A stretch of DNA of 64,000 bases, from NCBI GenBank assembly GCA_022750205.1, contig JAKIWD010000001.1, positions 1,222-65,221 of the forward strand. The letters are read 5' to 3'. A program made the translations under genes and the position numbers. The stretch is from Thermoplasmata archaeon (GTDB lineage: Archaea > Thermoplasmatota > Thermoplasmata > Lutacidiplasmatales > UBA184). Every line of letters begins with the position of its first letter. Position 1 is the stretch's first letter. The notes below the pieces were generated by a model. That model saw nothing but the letters and a program-made list of their open reading frames with translations. It was not told where the DNA came from and made no database searches. Positions 38,337 to 46,056 of the stretch are shown in pieces.

Positions 38337-39716
38337 TCACGGCCGCCAGCCACGCAACCGGTGGCGGCTGCGGAGCCCGCTCTTCTCGTACACCTCGATC
38401 GTCTGTTCGAAGATCTCCTTCAGGCGTGGCCCCGCGCGATCGACGTGGCACCGCCGGGCGGTCTCGGCACCGTTTGCGCCCATCCGTTCGGCCCGGTCCG
38501 GATGGTCGAGGAGCTCGAGGATCGCGTCCGCCATCGCGGTCGCCCGGCCGGGGGCGACGGCATAGCCGTTGACGTCCGGGAGGACGAGCTCGGCCACGCC
38601 GGCACCTCGACTGACCACGACCGGTCGTCCGTGTGTCCACGCCTCGACGACGACCAGGCCGAACCCTTCCCATGGCGCGGGGTGGACGAACACGTCCGCT
38701 GCCCCGTAGGCTGCTGCGAGCTCGGAACTGTCGACGGTCCCGGTGAAGGCGACGTGGTTCGTGAGCCCCAGCTCGCGGACCCGACGGTCGAGGTACCGTC
38801 GCCATTCACCGGCCTTTCCCGAGGCGAGGCCGCCGGAATTGGTCGAGAAGCTCCCGCCCCCGACGAACACGCAGCGGACGCGGGGGTGGCGCCGACGTAC
38901 ACGGGCGAGAGCCTCGAGCAGGAGGTCGTGCCGTTTCATCGGGTCCATACGGCCCACGGAGACGATCACCGGCCCGTCGCCGAGGCGGTAGCGCTCGGCG
39001 AACCGCCGGATGGCAGCGGGTTTGGCGCGGGGCTGCTCGCGCGGGTCGAAGTACGGGTAGACCTGGAACGCCCGGCCCTGGTAGCCGACGTGGATCAACT
39101 CCTCGAGACCGGCCCGGGTGCTGACCACGATCCCGTCGAACCCTTCCATCGCCTTGAGGAAGAACCGGGAGACCGGTTCGGGGTAACCCCGGAAATCCAG
39201 CGGGATATGCCAGCGCAGGAGCGCGGGAGCGGCCGGCCCGATCAGCCCGCCGACGAGGATCTGTTGGAAGTCGTTGATGTAGAACAGGTCGTGGTCGGGG
39301 ATCCGGTCCAGCAGCTTGACCGCGGTCCGGTAGCTGTAGGCGACGAACCCGTGGTAGTCCGCGATCGACGGCCGGAACCCCCGGGGGCCGTGGAACGAGC
39401 GCCAGATCGCCTCCTTGAACCGGGAGTATCGCTTGCGCTCGGCGTCGGTCAGCTGGACCGTCTCGAGCGTGTACCCTTCGTCGGTGGTGATCTCTTCGGG
39501 GAACCCCGGCCCGCCCAGGGCGATCCACCGGACCGGGCGCCGGATCCATCGATCGAGGCCCGAGCCCATCAGCGCCCGCATCATCGGCACGACCCCGCCG
39601 ACCTGCAGGTCGTAGTCCCGTCCCCGTCGCCACACGTGCCCGTCGGCCACGCTGACCCCGGGCCGCGGGCTGAGGGGCGGGGTCTGGGAGTTGATGCAGA
39701 GATCGATTCGCGTCAT
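38337..39716 (-). CDS. GT-B fold glycosyltransferase (GT4-like; trehalose/sucrose-synthase-like N-domain)
   Basis: 459 aa: ..FYINDFQQILVGGL..LRWHIPLDF.. (acceptor domain) and ..VGRMDPMKRHDLLLEAL..FVHPAPWEGFGLVVVEAW..GRPVV.. (E-x7-E type nucleotide-sugar domain). Confidence 0.85.
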   Translation of the reverse strand: MTRIDLCINSQTPPLSPRPGVSVADGHVWRRGRDYDLQVGGVVPMMRALMGSGLDRWIRRPVRWIALGGPGFPEEITTDEGYTLETVQLTDAERKRYSRFKEAIWRSFHGPRGFRPSIADYHGFVAYSYRTAVKLLDRIPDHDLFYINDFQQILVGGLIGPAAPALLRWHIPLDFRGYPEPVSRFFLKAMEGFDGIVVSTRAGLEELIHVGYQGRAFQVYPYFDPREQPRAKPAAIRRFAERYRLGDGPVIVSVGRMDPMKRHDLLLEALARVRRRHPRVRCVFVGGGSFSTNSGGLASGKAGEWRRYLDRRVRELGLTNHVAFTGTVDSSELAAAYGAADVFVHPAPWEGFGLVVVEAWTHGRPVVVSRGAGVAELVLPDVNGYAVAPGRATAMADAILELLDHPDRAERMGANGAETARRCHVDRAGPRLKEIFEQTIEVYEKSGLRSRHRLRGWRP

Positions 39717-39861
39717 CGATGCTCCCTGCCCGGGTTGCGCGTGGGAGAGCGCGAGACGGGGCCCCGGAACGGGAAACTGTACCCGTCCTAAGGCGCCGAG
39801 CCGTACTTGTAGCCTCGGCTGGCGCCCGTCCGCGACCGGGTCGGCGAGCGGGGTGCCGCGC

Positions 39862-42639
39862 CTACGAGCAGCCGCTCGTGGAGCCGCAGACCGTGCACGC
39901 GTAGCACGTCCCGGAGCGCACCATGATCCCGCCGCACGTCGAGCAGGACGGCGCGTCCTCGCTCGTCAGCCCGGCCCGCGCCCCGTCGCCGAACGAATCG
40001 AGCGGCTTGGTCTCGAACTTCGTCGTCGCGGCGGACGGAGGGGACTTGGCGGGCGCGCCGATGTCGTGGCCGTTCTCCCCGGGCGGCGCCTCGAGCCCGA
40101 TCGCCCGGCGCTGCTCTTCGGTCAGGAACTCGAGCGCGAGCCACCGGGCCACGTAGTCCGGGATCGATTTGGCGAAGCGGATCTTCGCGTTGTTCGTCGC
40201 CCCGGCCGGCTCGAAGCGCAGGTGCGCGAGCTTGCGGACGAGGTCCTTGAGCGGCACCCCGTGCTGGAGCGCCATCGACATCGAGATCCCGAGCGAGTCC
40301 ATCAGCCCGTTGACCGTCGAGCCTTCCTTGGTGACGCGGAAGAAGATCTCGCCCGGCCGGCCATCGGGGTAGAGGCCCACCGTCACGTAGCCGTCGTGCC
40401 CGCCGACCTGGAAGTGGTGGGTGACCGCCTTGCGCTCGTCCGGCAGGCGCTCGCGGGTCGGTCCGCGCGGGGCGCCAACCGCCGTCTTGCCCTTGCCGGT
40501 CTCGTACGGCTGGCTCGCCTTGCAGCCGTCGCGGTAGAGCGCGACCGACTTGATCCCGAGCCTCCACGCTTCGAGGTAGATCCGCTCGATGTCCTCGACG
40601 GTGGCGTCGTGCGGGAGGTTGATCGTCTTGGACGCGCCGCCCGACAGGAACGGCTGGACCGCGCCGAGCATCTTCAGATGGCCCATCGGCGGGATCGTGC
40701 GCGACGCACCCGCCGGCGCGAGCGCGGTGTCGAAGACCGGCAGGTGTTCGGGCTTGAGGCCCGACGAGTTCTCGGCCGTGCCGGTCGACTCGATGTGGTG
40801 CTTGATCGCGGCGACCTCCTCGGCGGTGTACGACAGCGCCGTCAACCCCGCCTCGACGGTGTGGTTGACCATCTTCATCGTGCCGCCCCCGACGAGGTTC
40901 TTCGTCTTGACCAGCGAGAGTTCCGGCTCGAGCCCGAGCGTGTCGCAGCCCATCAATAGCCCGATGGTGCCGGTCGGCGCGATCACGGAGATCTGCGCGT
41001 TGCGGTAGCCCCAGAGCTCGCCGGCCTTGACCGTGTCGTGCCAGCGGGCGGCCGCGGCCTCGACGATCGGGCGGATCCGCAGATCGGTCGCGACGACCTT
41101 GTCGGCGGCCTGCGCGTGCTTTTGCATCACGCGGAGCATCGGCGAGCGGTTCTTCTCGAACCCCGGGAACGGGCCGGTCCGCTGGGAGATCTCGGCCGAC
41201 ATGTGGTAGCCCTCGGCGGAGAGGTACGCCGAGATGCCGGCGGCGAGCGAGCGCCCGATGTCGCTGTCGTAGGCGAGCCCGTAGTGCATCAAGAGCGATC
41301 CCAGGTTCGCGTAGCCGAGCCCGAGCGGCCGGAAGTCGTGGGAGTTCTGGGCGATGGCCGCGGTCGGGTAGCTCGACGCGTCGACGAGGATCTCCATGGC
41401 GAGGATCATCGTGCGGATCGCGTCGCGGAATAGCGGCAGGTCGAACTGGCCCTTGGCGTCGAGGAACTTCATCAGGTTGATCGACGCCAGATTGCACGCC
41501 GTGTCGTCGAGGAACAGGTACTCGCTGCACGGGTTCGACGCGTTGATCCGGCCGCTCATCGGGCTCGTGTGCCAGTCGTTGGTGATGTCGTCGAACTGCA
41601 CGCCCGGGTCGCCGCACCGCCAGGCGGCGTACGCGAGCTTGCGCCAGAGCTCGCGCGCTCGGTAGGTCGTCGCCACCGCGTGGTCGGTCCGGTTGTACGT
41701 CTTCCAGTCGCCGTCCTGGACGACGGCGTCCATGAAGCCGTCCGGGATGCGGACGGAGTGGTTGGCGTTCTGGTAGGCGATAGAGGCGTACGCCGAATCC
41801 GGGTCGGTCCCGTCGAAGTTCGACGAGAACCCCTCGCGAATGAGCGCGAGGGCCTTGTCCTCCTCGCGGACCTTGCAATCGATGAAGTCACCGATGTCTG
41901 GGTGGTCCATGTTCAGGATCACCATCTTGGCGGCGCGGCGCGTCGTGCCGCCGGATTTGATCACGCCGGCGAGCGCGTCGAACGCGCGCATGAACGAGAC
42001 CGGGCCCGAGGCGATGCCGCCGCCGCTCAGCCGCTCGTGGCTCCCGCGCAGCGCCGACAGGTTCGAGCCGGTGCCGCTCCCGCCCTTGAACAGGCGTCCC
42101 TCGCTGGTCGCGAGATGGAGGATCGAGTCCATGTCGTCGGAGACGGACTGGATGAAGCACGCCGAGCACTGGGGCGGCTCGCGCACGCCGACGTTGAACC
42201 AGACGGGGCTGTTGAACGCCGCCATCTGCTGGACCATGAGGAAGGAAAGGCTCTCCTCCAGGCGCGTCGCCTCGTCCGGGGTGTCGAGGTAGCCGAGCGC
42301 GAGACCGCGCTGGGAGATCCAGTGGCAGACGCGACGGATCATCCCGTCGACGGAGTTCTCGCGGCGGCCCTGGATGACGCGGAAGTACTTCGACGCGGCG
42401 ATGTTGATCGAGTTCTCCGACCACGGGACCGGCGCGTGGATCCCCTTGAGCTCGAAGATGACCTTGCCCTCGGCGTTCTTGATGACCGAGTCGTGGGTCT
42501 TCCAATCGACGGTGTCGAACGCGGTCTTCTCGCGTGGGACCAGCCGGGGGACCGGTATCGGCTCGCGCCCCAGTCGGCTCGGCGGTCGGGCCCCGGTCAC
42601 CTCGGCGATGGGGGATGCGCGTTTCTTGGCTACGGCCAT
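39862..42639 (-). CDS. nrdJ: class II (adenosylcobalamin-dependent) ribonucleotide reductase
   Basis: 925 aa: ..SVSDDMDSILHLATSEGRLFKGGSGTGSNLSALRG.., ..NPCSEYLFLDDTACNLASINL.. (active-site Cys/Asn/Glu), C-terminal zinc ribbon CSTCGGIMVRSGTCYACTVCG. The length shows no intein. Confidence 0.95.
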   Translation of the reverse strand: MAVAKKRASPIAEVTGARPPSRLGREPIPVPRLVPREKTAFDTVDWKTHDSVIKNAEGKVIFELKGIHAPVPWSENSINIAASKYFRVIQGRRENSVDGMIRRVCHWISQRGLALGYLDTPDEATRLEESLSFLMVQQMAAFNSPVWFNVGVREPPQCSACFIQSVSDDMDSILHLATSEGRLFKGGSGTGSNLSALRGSHERLSGGGIASGPVSFMRAFDALAGVIKSGGTTRRAAKMVILNMDHPDIGDFIDCKVREEDKALALIREGFSSNFDGTDPDSAYASIAYQNANHSVRIPDGFMDAVVQDGDWKTYNRTDHAVATTYRARELWRKLAYAAWRCGDPGVQFDDITNDWHTSPMSGRINASNPCSEYLFLDDTACNLASINLMKFLDAKGQFDLPLFRDAIRTMILAMEILVDASSYPTAAIAQNSHDFRPLGLGYANLGSLLMHYGLAYDSDIGRSLAAGISAYLSAEGYHMSAEISQRTGPFPGFEKNRSPMLRVMQKHAQAADKVVATDLRIRPIVEAAAARWHDTVKAGELWGYRNAQISVIAPTGTIGLLMGCDTLGLEPELSLVKTKNLVGGGTMKMVNHTVEAGLTALSYTAEEVAAIKHHIESTGTAENSSGLKPEHLPVFDTALAPAGASRTIPPMGHLKMLGAVQPFLSGGASKTINLPHDATVEDIERIYLEAWRLGIKSVALYRDGCKASQPYETGKGKTAVGAPRGPTRERLPDERKAVTHHFQVGGHDGYVTVGLYPDGRPGEIFFRVTKEGSTVNGLMDSLGISMSMALQHGVPLKDLVRKLAHLRFEPAGATNNAKIRFAKSIPDYVARWLALEFLTEEQRRAIGLEAPPGENGHDIGAPAKSPPSAATTKFETKPLDSFGDGARAGLTSEDAPSCSTCGGIMVRSGTCYACTVCGSTSGCS

Positions 42640-42851
42640 GGTTGATATTCCTGCGGAAGGACCGTCAGACGGACTCGAAGCCGGTGCGGCTCCTACTAGG
42701 CGTAGCGCTCGGGGATTCCCTATCGGTTGCGGTCAGGGCAGGAAACACCGCCGCTGGGCGGGAAGCTGCGCTCGAACGCGACCTGGGACCCCCGACGGCA
42801 GCGCTCCGAGCACCCGTCGCGGACCCTCCGGACCTTCTGCACATCGAAGCG

Positions 42852-42859
42852 GTATAAGC
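42852..42859 (-). promoter_or_regulatory. candidate TATA box (CTTATACC on the minus strand) about 215 nt upstream of the nrdJ ATG
   Basis: Only TATA-like element seen in the 270-nt spacer between the zinc-ribbon mini-ORF and nrdJ. It implies an unusually long leader of about 190 nt. Confidence 0.3.
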
Positions 42860-42910
42860 GAGTTGGGTTGCGCTCGTCGCGACCGCGCGCAAAATGCGTT
42901 CCGAAGGCAC

Positions 42911-43057
42911 TCACGATGCGGGTGGCGGCAGCAGGCGCATCGTGCACGGCATCGTGACGCCGCACTCGCCGCAGAACAACCCTTCTTCGGAGACCCAGAG
43001 GAACTCACCGCAGCGATCGCACTTGCGCGGATCGTCCGAATCGTATCGGCACCCCAT
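42911..43057 (-). CDS. 48-aa zinc-ribbon mini-protein (CxxC-x11-CxxC)
   Basis: MGCRYDSDDPRKCDRCGEFLWVSEEGLFCGECGVTMPCTMRLLPPPAS is the 3' end of track ORF 42911-43390, starting at ATG 43057. Third-position GC 81% against 56-60% at positions 1-2. The upstream part of the track ORF is junk. Confidence 0.35.
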   Translation of the reverse strand: MGCRYDSDDPRKCDRCGEFLWVSEEGLFCGECGVTMPCTMRLLPPPAS

Positions 43058-43059
43058 GG

Positions 43060-43470
43060 ATGGGGCGACGAGGGGTCGTCGGACTATTTGGCCCAACGGT
43101 TCGAGGGGGGCGATGAAGGGTCGGTGGGAGAGTTCGCCCGCGCGCCGTGGTGCTGCCAGAGTAAGGGCGCAGTGGGGGTGAGCGCGAGGTCGCCGCAGGA
43201 GAAGGCGCCGAGAGGGCTCTGGCCTGCAAGAGGTTCCACCGCCCGCGGGGAAGCCGGGCGACCGCCGGTTTCGCCCTTCTCCCGACGGCCCGCTGCCGGT
43301 CGGCGACGAGAAGGAGGGGCGCCCGCAGCGGTGGGCGCAGCTCGGGATGACCCGTGCGGAATAACCTCGTAGGGGGGCCGACGGCGCCATTCAGGGCCAC
43401 GTTCATGGGGCAACCGGCGGGACGAAAATTGTTGGGCGACCCGGTCGAACGACCGGGCCGCCCCTATCGG
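43060..43470 (+). ncRNA. unclassified GC-rich structured non-coding region (candidate ncRNA; RNase P RNA is an unverified hypothesis)
   Basis: No consistent codon-phase GC signal (80/60/78 then 62/80/80 in adjacent 120-nt windows), and only Pro/Arg/Gly-rich ORFs. G-rich on the + strand. Nested helices include 43091-43101:43427-43437, 43155-43161:43217-43223, 43275-43286:43299-43314 and 43319-43326:43331-43338. Confidence 0.25.
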
Positions 43471-43480
43471 GGATCTGGGT

Positions 43481-43696
43481 TCAGGCGTTCTTCATCCGGG
43501 CCCGGGAGATGTAGCCCTTCTTGTCGAGGAAGTACATGTAACCGTCCGCGCGGACGATTTTCTCCGTCCCGACCTTCGCCTTCTTGCCCATCTTGTTCAG
43601 CTTGGTCGGCGTCTTCCAAAGGTACCCATCTTTCCCCAGATAGTACAGGTAACCCTTCTCTCGCTTGATCTGCTCTTTGCCCACTTTCTCGGCCAT
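43481..43696 (-). CDS. 71-aa highly basic protein with internal duplication (candidate nucleic-acid-binding protein)
   Basis: 3' end of track ORF 43481-44866 from ATG 43696: MAEKVGKEQIKREKGYLYYLGKDGYLWKTPTKLNKMGKKAKVGTEKIVRADGYMYFLDKKGYISRARMKNA. 15 K + 4 R against 7 D/E. Repeated GY-x-Y-x-L-x-K-x-GY motif. Own TATA box. Locally lower GC. Confidence 0.65.
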   Translation of the reverse strand: MAEKVGKEQIKREKGYLYYLGKDGYLWKTPTKLNKMGKKAKVGTEKIVRADGYMYFLDKKGYISRARMKNA

Positions 43697-43730
43697 TGTC
43701 GCGCCTCTACCGCCGAGAAAGAAACCCCTC

Positions 43731-43736
43731 CTATAT
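43731..43736 (-). promoter_or_regulatory. TATA box (TTCATATAGG on the minus strand) for the small basic protein gene
   Basis: Centred about 37 nt upstream of ATG 43696 in the 56-nt spacer after the hutI-like stop. Confidence 0.45.
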
Positions 43737-43752
43737 GAACATAAGGTCGGAG

Positions 43753-45012
43753 TCACCTCGAAAAAACGATGTTTCCCTGACGGTAAACGACGGCCGGAAC
43801 CGCCCCGATCCGGTACGGTATCTCCTCGAGCGAGGTCGTCTCGAACGTCAGGAAATCCGCCGTCCGTCCCGCCGCGATCGATCCGGCCACGTCGGCGATC
43901 CCGCTCGCGTGTGCGGCGTTCACCGTCGCACCGACGAGCGCCTCGGCCGGGGTGAGGCGCGCGCCGTACACGGCGTGCGAGAGCACCAGGCCCATCGACT
44001 CGACCCATGAGTTCGGGGAGAGGTCGGTCCCGAGCGCCACCGGGACCCCGGCGTCGACGAGCGCCCGGCCCGGGCTCGACAGGTGGGAGAGGGACGCGAA
44101 CGGAGTGATCGGGAGCAGCACTCCGGTGACCTGGGCCGCCGCCAGCCGTTCGAGGTCCTCCGCGGGGGCGGCCAGCAGGTGCTCGGCCGAACGGGCTCCG
44201 AGCTCGGCGGCGAGCCGCGCTCCTCCCGACGCGACGAACTCGTCGGCGTGGATCTTGATCCCGAGGCCTTGGCCGAGGGCGGCACGGAGCAGGCGCGCGG
44301 ATTGCGGAACGGAGAAAAAGCCCGGTTCGCAAAAGACGTCGCAGAAACGGGCGAGGCGCTCCCGGGCGATGACGGGCAAGGCACGCTCGATGAGCTGGTC
44401 GACGTAGGCGTCCGCCCGTCCGTCGAACTCCGGTGGAATGGCGTGGGCGCCGAGGAACGTGGGCACCAGTCGTAGTCCGACGCTCCGCGCGAGCCCGGGG
44501 ATGAGTCGGAGGAGCCGAAGTTCGCCGGGGACGGTGAGCGCGTAGCCGCTCTTGATCTCGGCGCTGGTCGTCCCGGCCTGTCGCATCCGACGCAGACGCA
44601 CGCCGGTCTGGCGGCGAAGCTGGGCGTCGGAGGCCGCGCGCGTTGCCCGCACCGTGGAGAAGAGCCCGCCTCCTTCGGCCGCGATCTCGCGATACGAGCG
44701 ACCCGCGAGCTTGCCCTCGATTTCCCGCGCCCGGTCGCCGGCGAACAGGGCGTGCGTGTGCGCGTCGACGAAGCCCGGGAGCACGCACACATCGTGGAGG
44801 TCGACACGCGCGCCGCCGCGCCGCAGCCGTACTTCCTTCCTCAGCTTCGCGCGAGGCCCCACCCACACGAACTTTCCCCCGGCGGTGGCGAGGCCCGCGT
44901 CGGGGATCCGCGCCAGGTCGGCCATCGCCGGACCCATGCGGGGCACCGTCGGTCCGGAGATCGCCGCAAGTTCACGGATTCCCGTGTAGATGCGGTCGGC
45001 GACGACCGTCAT
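43753..45012 (-). CDS. hutI: imidazolonepropionase-like amidohydrolase
   Basis: Trimmed to ATG 45012 (MTVVADRIYTG..): ..LPGFVDAHTHALFAGDRAREIEGKLAGRSYREIAAEGGGLFSTVRATRAAS.., ..IKIHADE.. The start overlaps the rnz stop (ATGA). No hutU or hutH in the window, so the physiological role is uncertain. Confidence 0.8.
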   Translation of the reverse strand: MTVVADRIYTGIRELAAISGPTVPRMGPAMADLARIPDAGLATAGGKFVWVGPRAKLRKEVRLRRGGARVDLHDVCVLPGFVDAHTHALFAGDRAREIEGKLAGRSYREIAAEGGGLFSTVRATRAASDAQLRRQTGVRLRRMRQAGTTSAEIKSGYALTVPGELRLLRLIPGLARSVGLRLVPTFLGAHAIPPEFDGRADAYVDQLIERALPVIARERLARFCDVFCEPGFFSVPQSARLLRAALGQGLGIKIHADEFVASGGARLAAELGARSAEHLLAAPAEDLERLAAAQVTGVLLPITPFASLSHLSSPGRALVDAGVPVALGTDLSPNSWVESMGLVLSHAVYGARLTPAEALVGATVNAAHASGIADVAGSIAAGRTADFLTFETTSLEEIPYRIGAVPAVVYRQGNIVFSR

Positions 45013-45911
45013 GGTTGTCGGATCAGGTGTTCGAGCAGGTCGCGCGCGGCGCGGGCCTCGTCGAACAGGCCGCGCGCCTCGAGTTCGAGGGGCTCGACCT
45101 CCTTGTAGCGCGACGAGAAGTGCGTGAGAAAGAGGGTCCCGACCCCGGCGGCCCTGGCGAGCGTCGCCGCCTGCCGCGCCGAGGAGTGACCCCACTTGTT
45201 CGCCTCGGTCTCGAGCTCGGCCGAGGTCGTGGCCTCGTGGATGAGCACGGTCGCGCCCGCCGCGAGCTTCTCGATTGTCTCGGTGGGCGAGGTGTCCCCC
45301 GAGTAGACGACGGAGCGCCCCGGTCGCGGAGGTCCCATCACGTCCGAGGGGTGGACGACGTTCGTCCCGACGTGGACCGATTCGCCGGCTTCGAGTCGGG
45401 CGAAATCCGCGCCCCGGATGCCCAGGGCCCGGGCGTGTTCGCCCTCGAACCGGCCCCGCTTGGGACCCTCATCCAGCCGATAGGCGATCGTCGGCACCGG
45501 GTGGGCGGCGAGCGCCGTGCGGACGGTGTACCCGTCGAGCTCGACTGATGCGCCGGCGTTGAGGGCATGGATGTTGACCGGGAATCGGAGGGTGAAGTAG
45601 CCCATCTTGAGCGCTCGCTCGACCATCTCCTTGGCGTCCGGTGGGCCGTATATGTCGAGAGGCTCCTCCCGGTTGTTCAGGCACATGCTCTGGATGAGTC
45701 CGGGAAGTCCGAGGAAGTGATCGCCGTGGAAGTGGGTCAGAAAGACCCGGCGAACCCGCATGAAGCTCGACGTGGAATGGAACAACTGGCGCTGGGTGCC
45801 TTCCCCGCAATCGAAGAGGATGAGTTCGCGTTCCGTATCGACGGCGATGGCGCTGGCCGAACGATCCTTGGTGGGCCAGGAGCCGGCGGTCCCCAGAAAG
45901 GTCAGGCGCAT
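45009..45911 (-). CDS. rnz: ribonuclease Z (tRNA 3' endonuclease)
   Basis: Trimmed to ATG 45911: MRLTFLGTAGSWPTKDRSASAIAV..ILFDCGEGTQRQL..VFLTHFHGDHFLGLPGL.. (HxHxDH), ..VVYSGDT.., ..LTHFSSRY.. Confidence 0.9.
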   Translation of the reverse strand: MRLTFLGTAGSWPTKDRSASAIAVDTERELILFDCGEGTQRQLFHSTSSFMRVRRVFLTHFHGDHFLGLPGLIQSMCLNNREEPLDIYGPPDAKEMVERALKMGYFTLRFPVNIHALNAGASVELDGYTVRTALAAHPVPTIAYRLDEGPKRGRFEGEHARALGIRGADFARLEAGESVHVGTNVVHPSDVMGPPRPGRSVVYSGDTSPTETIEKLAAGATVLIHEATTSAELETEANKWGHSSARQAATLARAAGVGTLFLTHFSSRYKEVEPLELEARGLFDEARAARDLLEHLIRQP

Positions 45912-45933
45912 CGGGGCGGCTATCCGGGCCCCC

Positions 45934-45941
45934 CTATTAGC
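45934..45941 (-). promoter_or_regulatory. TATA-like element (GCTAATAG on the minus strand) for rnz; leaderless spacing
   Basis: Centred about 26 nt upstream of ATG 45911. Confidence 0.35.
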
Positions 45942-46056
45942 AAACCCCGGAGTGGGCGGTGACCCGGCGCATCCGCCCTCGGCCGCGGGGCCCCGACGCG
46001 GGTGTCGTCCGGCCACCATCAAAGGAAATGTAGGGGCGGGGTCTCCTCCCGCGCAC

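Noticed and set aside
39788-41878. 696-aa minus-strand ORF overlapping nrdJ in another frame
   Set aside because: The nrdJ frame carries all catalytic motifs. This frame is Arg/Pro/Gly-rich.
42640-42860. Cobalamin riboswitch call for the nrdJ leader
   Set aside because: Only a loose resemblance to the B12 box (AGUAGGAGCCGCACC), and the GGGAA/GGUGAAAUCC core is not recognisable. Kept as an unexplained leader, not as a riboswitch.
43058-43480. SRP (7S) RNA as the identity of the structured region
   Set aside because: The near-universal helix-8 signature (AGG-NNN-GGAA-NNN-AGCA, e.g. GGUCCGGAAGGAAGCAGC) is absent on both strands.
43697-44866. N-terminal 390 codons of track ORF 43481-44866
   Set aside because: Out-of-frame overlap with the hutI-like gene, and Arg/Pro-rich. 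Only the last 71 codons (from ATG 43696) look like a real gene with its own TATA box.
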